Positions 35,301-49,700 of a stretch of 64,000 nucleotides of DNA are shown here, piece after piece. The DNA lies in NCBI GenBank assembly GCA_043228905.1, contig JBHGNT010000156.1, positions 1-64,000 of the forward strand, in the 5' to 3' direction. Under the pieces are notes generated by a model, which worked only from the letters and a program-made list of their open reading frames with translations, was not told where the DNA came from and made no database searches. This DNA is from Azolla caroliniana (Eukaryota; Plantae; Polypodiophyta). Both the position numbers and the translations under genes were made by a program. How positions within the stretch are numbered: position 1 is the first letter of the stretch; each line of letters opens with the position of its first letter.

Positions 35301-38300
35301 CGACCTGAGTTTCAAAATCTTGATTTTTGAATTCCATATCATAGCTAGGGTTGTTATCTTCGATTCGCATGTTTGGACACAAAAATCCGATATCACAGGA
35401 GCCAGGTATGAACATTTTAATTTACGCAAGGGCTGCTCTCAACTCACTCCTCAAATTTGGTAATTTCATCAGGTCTCTCGACCTGAGTTTCAAAATCTTG
35501 ATTTTTTAATTCCATATCATAGCTAGCGTTGTTAGCTTCGATTCGCATGTTTGAACACAAAAATCCGATATCACACGAGCCAGGTATGAACATTTTAATT
35601 TACATACGAGCTCTTCTCAACTCACTCCTCAAATTTGGTAATTTCGTCATGTCTCTCGACCTGAGTTTCAAAATCTTGATTTTTTAATTCCATATCATAG
35701 CTAGCGTTGTTAGCTTTGATTCGCATGTTTGAACACAAAAATCGGATATCACACGAGCTAGGTATGAACATTTTAATTTACTCAAGCGCTCCTCTCAACT
35801 CACTCCTCAAATTTGGTAATTTCGTCATGTGTCTCGACCTGAGTTTCAAAATCTTGAGTTTTTAATTCAATATCATAGCTAGCGTTGTTAGCTTCGATTC
35901 GCATGTTTGAACACAAAAATCCGATATCACACGAGCCAGGTATGAACATTTTAATTTACTCACGGGCTCCTCTCAACTCACTCCTCAAATTTGGTAATTT
36001 CGTCATGTCTCTCGACCTGAGTTTCAAAATCTTGATTTTTGAATTCCATATCATAGCTAGCGTTGTTAGCTTCGATTCGCATGTTTGAACACAAAAATCC
36101 GATATCACACGAGCCAGATATGAACATTTTAATTTACTCAAGGGCTCCTCTCAACTCACTCCTCAAATTTGGTAATTTCATCATGTCTCTCGACCTGAGT
36201 TTCAAAATCTTGATTTATTAATTCCATATCATAGCTAGCGTTGTTAGCTTCGATTCGCATGTTTGAACACAAAAATCCGATATCACACGAGCCAGGTATG
36301 AACATTTTAATTTACTCAAGGGCTCCTCTCAACTCACTACTCATGTTTGCTAATTTCGTCATGTCTCTCCACCTGAGTTTCAAAATCTTGATTTTTGAAT
36401 TCCATATCGTAGCTAGCGTTGTTAGCTTCGATTCGCATGTTTGAACACAAAAATCCGATATCACACGAGCCAGGTATGAACATTTTAATTTACTCAAGGG
36501 CTGCTCTCAACTCACTCCTCAAATTTTGTAATTTCGTCATGTATCTCGACCTGAGTTTAAAAATCTTGATAAATTAATTCCATATCATAGCTAGCGTTGT
36601 TAGCTTCGATTCGCATGTTTGGACACAAAAATCCGATATTACACGAGCCAGGTATGAACATTTTAATTTACTCAAGGGCTCTTCTCAACTCACTACTCAT
36701 GTTTGCTAATTTCGTCATGTCTCTCGACCTGAGTTTCAAAATCTTGATTTTTGAATTCCATATCATAGCTAGGGTTGTTAGCTTCGATTCGCATGTTTGG
36801 ACACAAAAATCCGATATCACAGGAGCCAGGTATGAACATTTTAATTTACGCAAGGGCTGCTCTCAACTCACTCCTCAAATTTGGTAATTTCATCAGGTCT
36901 CTCGACCTGAGTTTCAAAATCTTGATTTTTTAATTCCATATCATAGCTAGCGTTGTTAGCTTCGATTCGCATGTTTGAACACAAAAATCCGATATCACAC
37001 GAGCCAGGTATGAACATTTTAATTTACTCAAGCGCTCCTCTCAACTCACTACTCATGTTTGCTAATTTCGTCATGTCTCTCGACCTGAGTTTCAAAATCT
37101 TGATTTTTGAATTCCATATCATAGCTAGCGTTGTTAGCTTCGATTCGCATGTTTGAACACAAAAATCCGATATCACACGAGCCAGGTATGAACATTTTAA
37201 TTTACTCAAGGGCTGCTCTCAACTCACTCCTCAAATTTTGTAATTTCGTCATGTATCTCGACCTGAGTTTAAAAATCTTGATAAATTAATTCCATATCAT
37301 AGCTAGCGTTGTTAGCTTCGATTCGCATGTTTGGACACAAAAATCCGATATGACACGAGCCAGGTATGAACATTTTAATTTACTCAAGGGCTCCTCTCAA
37401 CTCACTACTCATGTTTGGTAATTTCATCAGGTCTCTCGACCTGAGTTTCAAAATCTTGATTTATTAATTCCATATCATAGCTAGCGTTGGTAGCTTTGAT
37501 TCGCATGTTTGAACACAAAAATCCGATATCACACGAGCCAGGTATGAACATTTTAATTTACTCAAGGGCTCCTCTCAACTCACTACTCATGTTTGCTAAT
37601 TTCGTCATGTCTCTCGACCTGAATTTCAAAATCTTGATTTTTGAATTCCATATCATAGCTAGCGTTGTTAGCTTCGATTCGCATGTTTGAACACAAAAAT
37701 CCGATATCACACGAGCCAGGTATGAACATTTTAATTTACTCAAGGGCTCTTCTCAACTCACTACTCATGTTTGCTAATTTCGTCATGTCTCTCGACCTGA
37801 GTTTCAAAATCTTGATTTTTGAATTCCATATCATAGCTAGGGTTGTTATCTTCGATTCGCATGTTTGGACACAAAAATCCGATATCACAGGAGCCAGGTA
37901 TGAACATTTTAATTTACGCAAGGGCTGCTCTCAACTCACTCCTCAAATTTGGTAATTTCATCAGGTCTCTCGACCTGAGTTTGAAAATCTTGATTTTTTA
38001 ATTCCATATCATAGCTAGCGTTGTTAGCTTCGATTCGCATGTTTGAACACAAAAATCCGATATCACACGAGCCAGGTATGAACATTTTAATTTACATACG
38101 AGCTCTTCTCAACTCACTCCTCAAATTTGGTAATTTCGTCATGTCTCTCGACCTGAGTTTCAAAATCTTGATTTTTTAATTCCATATCATAGCTAGCGTT
38201 GTTAGCTTTGATTCGCATGTTTGAACACAAAAATCGGATATCACACGAGCTAGGTATGAACATTTTAATTTACTCAAGCGCTCCTCTCAACTCACTCCTC

Positions 38301-41000
38301 AAATTTGGTAATTTCGTCATGTGTCTCGACCTGAGTTTCAAAATCTTGAGTTTTTAATTCCATATCATAGCTAGCGTTGTTAGCTTCGATTCGCATGTTT
38401 GAACACAAAAATCCGATATGACACGAGCCAGGTATGAACATTTTAATTTACTCACGGGCTCCTCTCAACTCACTCCTCAAATTTGGTAATTTCGTCATGT
38501 CTCTCGACCTGAGTTTCAAAATCTTGATTTTTGAATTCCATATCATAGCTAGCGTTGTTAGCTTCGATTCGCATGTTTGAACACAAAAATCCGATATCAC
38601 ACGAGCCAGGTATGAACATTTTAATTTACTCAAGGGCTCCTCTCAACTCACTACTCATGTTTGCTAATTTCGTCATGTCTCTCGACCTGAATTTCAAAAT
38701 CTTGATTTTTGAATTCCATATCATAGCTAGCGTTGTTAGCTTCGATTCGCATGTTTGAACACAAAAATCCGATATCACACGAGCCAGGTATGAACATTTT
38801 AATTTACTCAAGGGCTCTTCTCAACTCACTACTCATGTTTGCTAATTTCGTCATGTCTCTCGACCTGAGTTTGAAAATCTTGATTTTTGAATTCCATATC
38901 ATAGCTAGGGTTGTTAGCTTCGATTCGCATGTTTTGACACAAAAATCCGATATCACAGGAGCCAGGTATGAACATTTTAATTTACGCAAGGGCTGCTCTC
39001 AACTCACTCCTCAAATTTGGTAATTTCATCAGGTCTCTCGACCTGAGTTTCAAAATCTTGATTTTTTAATTCCATATCATAGCTAGCGTTGTTAGCTTCG
39101 ATTCGCATGTTTGAACACAAAAATCCGATATCACACGAGCCAGGTATGAACATTTTAATTTACTCAAGCGCTCCTCTCAACTCACTACTCATGTTTGCTA
39201 ATTTCGTCATGTCTCTCGACCTGAGTTTCAAAATCTTGATTTTTGAATTCCATATCATAGCTAGCGTTGTTAGCTTCGATTCGCATGTTTGAACACAAAA
39301 ATCCGATATCACACGAGCCAGGTATGAACATTTTAATTTACTCAAGGGCTGCTCTCAACTCACTCCTCAAATTTTGTAATTTCGTCATGTATCTCGACCT
39401 GAGTTTAAAAATCTTGATAAATTAATTCCATATCATAGCTAGCGTTGTTAGCTTCGATTCGCATGTTTGGACACAAAAATCCGATATTACACGAGCCAGG
39501 TATGAACATTTTAATTTACTCAAGGGCTCCTCTCAACTCACTACTCATGTTTGGTAATTTCATCAGGTCTCTCGACCTGAGTTTCAAAATCTTAATTTAT
39601 TAATTCCATATCATACCTAGCGTTGGTAGCTTTAATTCGCATGTTTGAACACAAAAATCCGATATCACACGAGCCAGGTATGAACATTTTAATTTACTCA
39701 AGGGTTCCTCTCAACTCACTCCTCAAATTTGGTAATTTCATCATGTCTCTCGACCTGAGTTTCAAAATCTTGATTTATTAATTCCATATCATAGCTAGCG
39801 TTGTTAGCTTCGATTCGCATGTTTGAACACAAAAATCCGATATCACACGAGCCAGGTAGGAACATTTTAATTTACTCAAGGGCTCCTCTCAACTCACTAC
39901 TCATGTTTGCTAATTTCGTCATGTCTCTCGACCTGAGTTTCAAAATCTTGATTTCTGAATTCCATATCATAGCTAGCGTTGTTAGCTTCGATTCGCATGT
40001 TTGAACACAAAAATCCGATATCACACGAGCCAGGTATGAACATTTTAATTTACTCAAGGGCTGCTCTCAACTCACTCCTCAAATTTTGTAATTTCGTCAT
40101 GTATCTCGACCTGAGTTTAAAAATCTTGATAAATTAATTCCATATCATAGCTAGCGTTGTTAGCTTCGATTCGCATGTTTGGACACAAAAATCCGATATT
40201 ACACGAGCCAGGTATGAACATTTTAATTTACTCAAGGGCTCCTCTCAACTCACTACTCATGTTTGGTAATTTCATCAGGTCTCTCGACCTGAGTTTCAAA
40301 ATCTTGATTTATTAATTCCATATCATAGCTAGCGTTGGTAGCTTTGATTCGCATGTTTGAACACAAAAATCCGATATTACACGAGCCAGGTATGAACATT
40401 TTAATTTACTCAAGGGTTCCTCTCAACTCACTCCTCAAATTTGGTAATTTCATCATGTCTCTCGACCTTAGTTTCAAAATCTTGATTTGTTAATTCCATA
40501 TCATAGCTAGCGTTGTTAGCTTCGATTCGCATGTTTGAACACAAAAATCCGATATCACACGAGCCAGGTATGAACATTTTAATTTACTCAAGGGCTCCTC
40601 TCAACTCACTACTCATGTTTGCTAATTTCGTCATGTCTCTCGACCTGAGTTTCAAAATCTTGATTTTTGAATTCCATATCATAGCTAGCGTTGTTAGCTT
40701 CGATTCGCATGTTTGAACACAAAAATCCGATATCACACGAGCCAGGTATGAACATTTTAATTTACTCAAGGGCTGCTCTCAACTCACTACTCATGTTTGC
40801 TAATTTCGTCATGTCTCTCGACCTGAATTTCAAAATCTTGATTTTTGAATTCCATATCATAGCTAGCGTTGGTAGATTTGATTCGCATGTTTGAACACAA
40901 AAATCCGATATCACACGAGCCAGGTATGAACATTTTAATTTACTCAAGCGCTCCTCTCAACTCACTACTCATGTTTGCTAATTTCGTTATGTCTCTCGAC
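20400..41000. repeat. Mosaic HOR domain built from the same monomer cassettes, with local 10-mer (1780 bp) and 14-mer (2492 bp) periods
   Basis: Matching variant monomers at 20470/22250 and 20755/22535 (1780 bp); 28231/30723, 28943/31435 and 35173/37665 (2492 bp). Longer offsets of 5696 (31791/37487) and 7654 (28231/35885). Boundaries approximate. Confidence 0.8.
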
Positions 41001-42114
41001 CTGAGTTTGAAAATCTTGATTTATAAATTCCATATCATAGCTAGCGTTGTTATCTTCGATTCGCATGTTTGAACACAAAAATCTGATATCACACGAGCCA
41101 GGTATGAACATTTTAATTTACTCAAGCGCTCCTCTCAACTCACTACTCATGTTTGCTAATTTCGTCATGTCTCTCGACCTGAGTTTCAAAATCTTGATTT
41201 TTGAATTCCATATCATAGCTAGGGTTGTTAGCTTCGATTCGCATGTTTGGACACAAAAATCCGATATCACACGAGCCAGGTATGAACATTTTAATTTACT
41301 CAAGGGCTGCTCTCAACTCACTCCTCAAATTTGGTAATTTCATCATGTCTCTCGACCTGAGTTTCAAAATCTTGATTTATTAATTCCATATCATAGCTAC
41401 CGTTGTTAGCTTTGATTCGCATGTTTGAACACAAAAATCCGATATTACACGAGCCAGATATGAACATTTTAAGTTACTCAAGGGCTCCTCTCAGCTCACT
41501 CCTCAAATTTGGTAATGTCATCATGTCTCTCGACCTGAGTTTCAAAATCTTGATTTATTAATTCCATATCATAGCTAGCGTTGGTAGCTTTGATTCGCAT
41601 GTTTGAACACAAAAATCCGATATCACACGAGCGAGGTATGAACATTTTAATTTACTCAAGCGCTCCTCTCAACTCACTACTCATGTTTGCTAATTTCGTC
41701 ATGTCTCTCGACCTGAGTTTCAAAATCTTGATTTTTTAATTCAATATCATAGCTAGGGTTGTTAGCTTCGATTCGCATGTTTGGACACAAAAAGCCGATA
41801 TCACACGAGCCAGGTATGAACATTTTAATTTACTCAAGGGCTCCTCTCAACTCCCTCCTCAAGTTTGCTAATTTCCTCACGTGTATCGAACTCAGTTTCA
41901 AAATCTTGATTTTTTAATTTCACATCATAGCTAGCGTTGTTAGCTTCGATTTTCATGTTTGAACAGAGAAATCCGATATGACACGATCCAGGTATGAACA
42001 TTTTAATTTATCTACTAGCTCTTCTCAACTCACTCCTCAAATTCTGTAATTTCGTCATGTCTCTTGACCTGAGTTTCAAAATCGTGACTTTTTAATTCCA
42101 TATCATAGCTAGGG

Positions 42115-45100
42115 TTGTTAGCTTCGATTCGCATGTTTGAACACAAAAATCCGATATCACACGAGCCAGGTATGAACATTTTAATTTACTCAAGGGCTCC
42201 TCTCAACTCCCTCCTCAAGTTTGATAATTTCGTCATGTCTCTTGACCTGAGTTTCAAAATCTTGATTTTTGAATCCCATATCATAGCTAGCGTTATTAGC
42301 TTAGTTTCGGATATTTGAACACATAAATCCGATATGACACGAGACAGGTATGAACATTTTAATTTACATACGAGCTCTTCTCAACTCACTCCTCAAATTT
42401 GGTAATTTCGTCATGTCTCTCGACTTGAGTTTCAAAATCTTGAGTTTTTAATTCAATATCATAGCTAGCGTTGTTAGCTTCGATTCGCATGTTTGAACAC
42501 AAAAATCCGATATGACACGAGCCAGGTATGAACATTTTAATTTACTCACGGGCTCCTCTCAACTCACTCCTCAAATTTGGTAATTTCGTCATGTCTCTCG
42601 ACCTGAGTTTCAAAATCTTGAGTTTTTAATTCAATATCATCGCTAGCGTTGTTAGCTTCGATTCGCATGTTTTGAACACAAAAATCCGATATCACACGAT
42701 CCAGGTATGAACATTTTAATTTACTCAAGGGCTCCTCTCAGCTCACTCCTCAAATTTGGTAATTTCATCATGTCTCTCGACCTGAGTTTCAAAATCTTGA
42801 TTTTTGAATTCCATATCATAGCTAGCGTTGTTAGCTTCGATTCGCATGTTTGAACACAAAAATCGGATATTACACAAGCCAGGTATGAACATTTTAATTT
42901 ACTCAAGGGCTCCTCTCAACTCACTACTCATGTTTGCTAATTTCGTCATGTCTCTCGACCTGAGTTTCAAAATCTTGATTTTTGAATTCCATATCATAGC
43001 TAGCGTTGGTAGCTTCGATTCGCATGTTTGAACACAAAAATCCGATATCACACGAGCCAGGTATGAACATTTTAATTTACATACGAGCTCTTCTCAACTC
43101 ACTACTCAAATTTGGTAATTTCGTCATGTCTCTCGACCTGAGTTTCAAAATCTTGATTTTTTAATTCCATATCATAGCTAGCGTTGTTAGCTTCGATTCG
43201 CATGTTTGAACACAAAAATCGGATATCACACGAGCTAGGTATGAACATTTTAATTTACTCAAGCGCTCCTCTCAACTCACTCCTCAAATTTGGTAATTTC
43301 GTCATGTCTCTCGACCTGAGTTTCAAAATCTTGAGTTTTTAATTCAATATCATAGCTAGCGTTGTTAGCTTCGATTCGCATGTTTGAACACAAAAATCCG
43401 ATATGACACGAGCCAGGTATGAACATTTTAATTTACTCACGGGCTCCTCTCAACTCACTCCTCAAATTTGGTAATTTCGTCATGTCTCTCGACCTGAGTT
43501 TCAAAATCTTGATTTTTCAATTCCATATCATCGCTAGCGTTGTTAGCTTCGATTCGCATGTTTGAACACAAAAATCCGATATCACACGATCCAGGTATGA
43601 ACATTTTAATTTACTCAAGGGCTCCTCTCAGCTCACTCCTCAAATTTGGTAATTTCATCATGTCTCTCGACCTGAGTATCAAAATCTTGATTTTTGAATT
43701 CCATATCATAGCTAGCGTTGTTAGCTTCGATTCGCATGTTTGAACACAAAAATCCGATATCACACGAGCCAGGTATGAACATTTTAATTTACTCAAGGGC
43801 TCCTCTCAACTCACTACTCATGTTTGCTAATTTCGTCATGTCTCTCGACCTGAGTTTCAAAATCTTGATTTTTGAATTCCATATCATAGCTAGCGTTGGT
43901 AGCTTCGATTCGCATGTTTGAACACAAAAATCCGATATCACACGAGCCAGGTATGAACATTTTAATTTACTCAAGCGCTCCTCTCAACTCACTCCTCAAA
44001 TTTGGTAATTTCGTCATGTCTCTCGACCTGAGTTTCAAAATCTTGAGTTTTTAATTCAATATCATAGCTAGCGTTGTTAGCTTCGATTCGCATGTTTGAA
44101 CACAAAAATCCGATATGACACGAGCCAGGTATGAACATTTTAATTTACTCACGGGCTCCTCTCAACTCACTCCTCAAATTTGGTAATTTCGTCATGTCTC
44201 TCGACCTGAGTTTCAAAATCTTGATTTTTCAATTCCATATCATCGCTAGCGTTGTTAGCTTCGATTCGCATGTTTGAACACAAAAATCCGATATCACACG
44301 ATCCAGGTATGAACATTTTAATTTACTCAAGGGCTCCTCTCAGCTCACTCCTCAAATTTGGTAATTTCATCATGTCTCTCGACCTGAGTATCAAAATCTT
44401 GATTTTTGAATTCCATATCATAGCTAGCGTTGTTAGCTTCGATTCGCATGTTTGAACACAAAAATCCGATATCACACGAGCCAGGTATGAACATTTTAAT
44501 TTACTCAAGGGCTCCTCTCAACTCACTACTCATGTTTGCTAATTTCGTCATGTCTCTCGACCTGAGTTTCAAAATCTTGATTTTTGAATTCCATATCATA
44601 GCTAGCGTTGGTAGCTTCGATTCGCATGTTTGAACACAAAAATCCGATATCACACGAGCCAGGTATGAACATTTTAATTTACTCAAGGGCTGCTCTCAAC
44701 TCACTACTCATGTTTGCTAATTTCGTCATGTCTCTCGACCTAAGTTTCAAAATCTTGATTTTTGAATTCCATAACATAGGTAGCGTTGTTAGCTTCGATT
44801 CGCATGTTTGAACACAAAAAGCCGATATCACACGAGCCAGATATGACCATTTTAATTTACTCAAGGGCTCCTCTTAGCTCACTCCTCAAATTTGGTAATT
44901 TCATCATGTCTCTCGACCTGAGTTTCAAAATCTTGATTTTTGAATTCCAAATAATAGCTAGCGTTGTTAGCTTCGATTCGCATGTTTGAACACAAAAGCG
45001 GATATCACACGAGCCAGGTATGAACATTTTAATTTACTCAAGGGCTCCTCTCAACTCACTACTCATGTTTGGTAATTTCATCATGTCTCTCGACCTGAGT

Positions 45101-48100
45101 TTCAAAATCTTGATTTATTAATTCCATATCATAACTAGCGTTGTTACCTTCGATTCGCATGTTTGAACACAAAAATCCGATATCACACGAGCCAGGTATG
45201 AACATTTTAATTTACTCAAGGGCTCCTCTCAACTCCCTCCTCAAGTTTGATAATTTCGTCATGTCTCTTGACCTGAGTTTCAAAATCTTGATTTTTGAAT
45301 CCCATATCATAGCTAGCGTTATTAGCTTAGTTTCGGATATTTGAACACATAAATCCGATATGACACGAGACAGGTATGAACATTTTAATTTACATACGAG
45401 CTCTTCTCAACTCACTCCTCAAATTTGGTAATTTCGTCATGTCTCTCGACCTGAGTTTCAAAATCTTGAGTTTTTAATTCAATATCATAGCTAGCGTTGT
45501 TAGCTTCGATTCGCATGTTTGAACACAAAAATCCGATATGACACGAGCCAGGTATGAACATTTTAATTTACTCACGGGCTCCTCTCAACTCACTCCTCAA
45601 ATTTGGTAATTTCGTCATGTCTCTCGACCTGAGTTTCAAAATCTTGAGTTTTTAATTCAATATCATCGCTAGCGTTGTTAGCTTCGATTCGCATGTTTTG
45701 AACACAAAAATCCGATATCACACGATCCAGGTATGAACATTTTAATTTACTCAAGGGCTCCTCTCAGCTCACTCCTCAAATTTGGTAATTTCATCATGTC
45801 TCTCGACCTGAGTTTCAAAATCTTGATTTTTGAATTCCATATCATAGCTAGCGTTGTTAGCTTCGATTCGCATGTTTGAACACAAAAATCGGATATTACA
45901 CAAGCCAGGTATGAACATTTTAATTTACTCAAGGGCTCCTCTCAACTCACTACTCATGTTTGCTAATTTCGTCATGTCTCTCGACCTGAGTTTCAAAATC
46001 TTGATTTTTGAATTCCATATCATAGCTAGCGTTGGTAGCTTCGATTCGCATGTTTGAACACAAAAATCCGATATCACACGAGCCAGGTATGAACATTTTA
46101 ATTTACATACGAGCTCTTCTCAACTCACTACTCAAATTTGGTAATTTCGTCATGTCTCTCGACCTGAGTTTCAAAATCTTGATTTTTTAATTCCATATCA
46201 TAGCTAGCGTTGTTAGCTTCGATTCGCATGTTTGAACACAAAAATCGGATATCACACGAGCTAGGTATGAACATTTTAATTTACTCAAGCGCTCCTCTCA
46301 ACTCACTCCTCAAATTTGGTAATTTCGTCATGTCTCTCGACCTGAGTTTCAAAATCTTGAGTTTTTAATTCAATATCATAGCTAGCGTTGTTAGCTTCGA
46401 TTCGCATGTTTGAACACAAAAATCCGATATGACACGAGCCAGGTATGAACATTTTAATTTACTCACGGGCTCCTCTCAACTCACTCCTCAAATTTGGTAA
46501 TTTCGTCATGTCTCTCGACCTGAGTTTCAAAATCTTGATTTTTCAATTCCATATCATCGCTAGCGTTGTTAGCTTCGATTCGCATGTTTGAACACAAAAA
46601 TCCGATATCACACGATCCAGGTATGAACATTTTAATTTACTCAAGGGCTCCTCTCAGCTCACTCCTCAAATTTGGTAATTTCATCATGTCTCTCGACCTG
46701 AGTATCAAAATCTTGATTTTTGAATTCCATATCATAGCTAGCGTTGTTAGCTTCGATTCGCATGTTTGAACACAAAAATCCGATATCACACGAGCCAGGT
46801 ATGAACATTTTAATTTACTCAAGGGCTCCTCTCAACTCACTACTCATGTTTGCTAATTTCGTCATGTCTCTCGACCTGAGTTTCAAAATCTTGATTTTTG
46901 AATTCCATATCATAGCTAGCGTTGGTAGCTTCGATTCGCATGTTTGAACACAAAAATCCGATATCACACGAGCCAGGTATGAACATTTTAATTTACTCAA
47001 GGGCTGCTCTCAACTCACTACTCATGTTTGCTAATTTCGTCATGTCTCTCGACCTAAGTTTCAAAATCCTGATTTTTGAATTCCATAACATAGGTAGCGT
47101 TGTTAGCTTCGATTCGCATGTTTGAACACAAAAAGCCGATATCACACGAGCCAGATATGACCATTTTAATTTACTCAAGGGCTCCTCTTAGCTCACTCCT
47201 CAAATTTGGTAATTTCATCATGTCTCTCGACCTGAGTTTCAAAATCTTGATTTTTGAATTCCAAATAATAGCTAGCGTTGTTAGCTTCGATTCGCATGTT
47301 TGAACACAAAAGCGGATATCACACGAGCCAGGTATGAACATTTTAATTTACTCAAGGGCTCCTCTCAACTCACTACTCATGTTTGGTAATTTCATCATGT
47401 CTCTCGACCTGAGTTTCAAAATCTTGATTTATTAATTCCATATCATAACTAGCGTTGTTACCTTCGATTCGCATGTTTGAACACAAAAATCCGATATCAC
47501 ACGAGCCAGGTATGAACATTTTAATTTACTCAAGGGCTCCTCTCAACTCCCTCCTCAAGTTTGATAATTTCGTCATGTCTCTTGACCTGAGTTTCAAAAT
47601 CTTGATTTTTGAATCCCATATCATAGCTAGCGTTATTAGCTTAGTTTCGGATATTTGAACACATAAATCCGATATGACACGAGACAGGTATGAACATTTT
47701 AATTTACATACGAGCTCTTCTCAACTCACTCCTCAAATTTGGTAATTTCGTCATGTCTCTCGACCTGAGTTTCAAAATCTTGAGTTTTTAATTCAATATC
47801 ATAGCTAGCGTTGTTAGCTTCGATTCGCATGTTTGAACACAAAAATCCGATATGACACGAGCCAGGTATGAACATTTTAATTTACTCACGGGCTCCTCTC
47901 AACTCACTCCTCAAATTTGGTAATTTCGTCATGTCTCTCGACCTGAGTTTCAAAATCTTGAGTTTTTAATTCAATATCATCGCTAGCGTTGTTAGCTTCG
48001 ATTCGCATGTTTTGAACACAAAAATCCGATATCACACGATCCAGGTATGAACATTTTAATTTACTCAAGGGCTCCTCTCAGCTCACTCCTCAAATTTGGT

Positions 48101-49700
48101 AAGTTCATCATGTCTCTCGACCTGAGTTTCAAAATCTTGATTTTTGAATTCCATATCATAGCTAGCGTTGTTAGCTTCGATTCGCATGTTTGAACACAAA
48201 AATCGGATATTACACAAGCCAGGTATGAACATTTTAATTTACTCAAGGGCTCCTCTCAACTCACTACTCATGTTTGCTAATTTCGTCATGTCTCTCGACC
48301 TGAGTTTCAAAATCTTGATTTTTGAATTCCATATCATAGCTAGCGTTGGTAGCTTCGATTCGCATGTTTGAACACAAAAATCCGATATCACACGAGCCAG
48401 GTATGAACATTTTAATTTACATACGAGCTCTTCTCAACTCACTACTCAAATTTGGTAATTTCGTCATGTCTCTCGACCTGAGTTTCAAAATCTTGATTTT
48501 TTAATTCCATATCATAGCTAGCGTTGTTAGCTTCGATTCGCATGTTTGAACACAAAAATCGGATATCACACGAGCTAGGTATGAACATTTTAATTTACTC
48601 AAGCGCTCCTCTCAACTCACTCCTCAAATTTGGTAATTTCGTCATGTCTCTCGACCTGAGTTTCAAAATCTTGAGTTTTTAATTCAATATCATAGCTAGC
48701 GTTGTTAGCTTCGATTCGCATGTTTGAACACAAAAATCCGATATGACACGAGCCAGGTATGAACATTTTAATTTACTCACGGGCTCCTCTCAACTCACTC
48801 CTCAAATTTGGTAATTTCGTCATGTCTCTCGACCTGAGTTTCAAAATCTTGATTTTTCAATTCCATATCATCGCTAGCGTTGTTAGCTTCGATTCGCATG
48901 TTTGAACACAAAAATCCGATATCACACGATCCAGGTATGAACATTTTAATTTACTCAAGGGCTCCTCTCAGCTCACTCCTCAAATTTGGTAATTTCATCA
49001 TGTCTCTCGACCTGAGTATCAAAATCTTGATTTTTGAATTCCATATCATAGCTAGCGTTGTTAGCTTCGATTCGCATGTTTGAACACAAAAATCCGATAT
49101 CACACGAGCCAGGTATGAACATTTTAATTTACTCAAGGGCTGCTCTCAACTCACTACTCATGTTTGCTAATTTCGTCATGTCTCTCGACCTAAGTTTCAA
49201 AATCTTGATTTTTGAATTCCATAACATAGGTAGCGTTGTTAGCTTCGATTCGCATGTTTGAACACAAAAAGCCGATATCACACGAGCCAGATATGACCAT
49301 TTTAATTTACTCAAGGGCTCCTCTTAGCTCACTCCTCAAATTTGGTAATTTCATCATGTCTCTCGACCTGAGTTTCAAAATCTTGATTTTTGAATTCCAA
49401 ATAATAGCTAGCGTTGTTAGCTTCGATTCGCATGTTTGAACACAAAAGCGGATATCACACGAGCCAGGTATGAACATTTTAATTTACTCAAGGGCTCCTC
49501 TCAACTCACTACTCATGTTTGGTAATTTCATCATGTCTCTCGACCTGAGTTTCAAAATCTTGATTTATTAATTCCATATCATAACTAGCGTTGTTACCTT
49601 CGATTCGCATGTTTGAACACAAAAATCCGATATCACACGAGCCAGGTATGAACATTTTAATTTACTCAAGGGCTCCTCTCAACTCACTACTCATGTTTGC
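42115..49700. repeat. 13-mer HOR (2314 bp), three copies of 17, 13 and 12 monomers
   Basis: The diagnostic monomer (ttagtttcggatatttgaacacataaat) recurs at ~42300, ~45327 and ~47641. Copy 1 has an internal 4-mer duplication (43540/44252). Copy 3 lacks one monomer. Confidence 0.9.
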
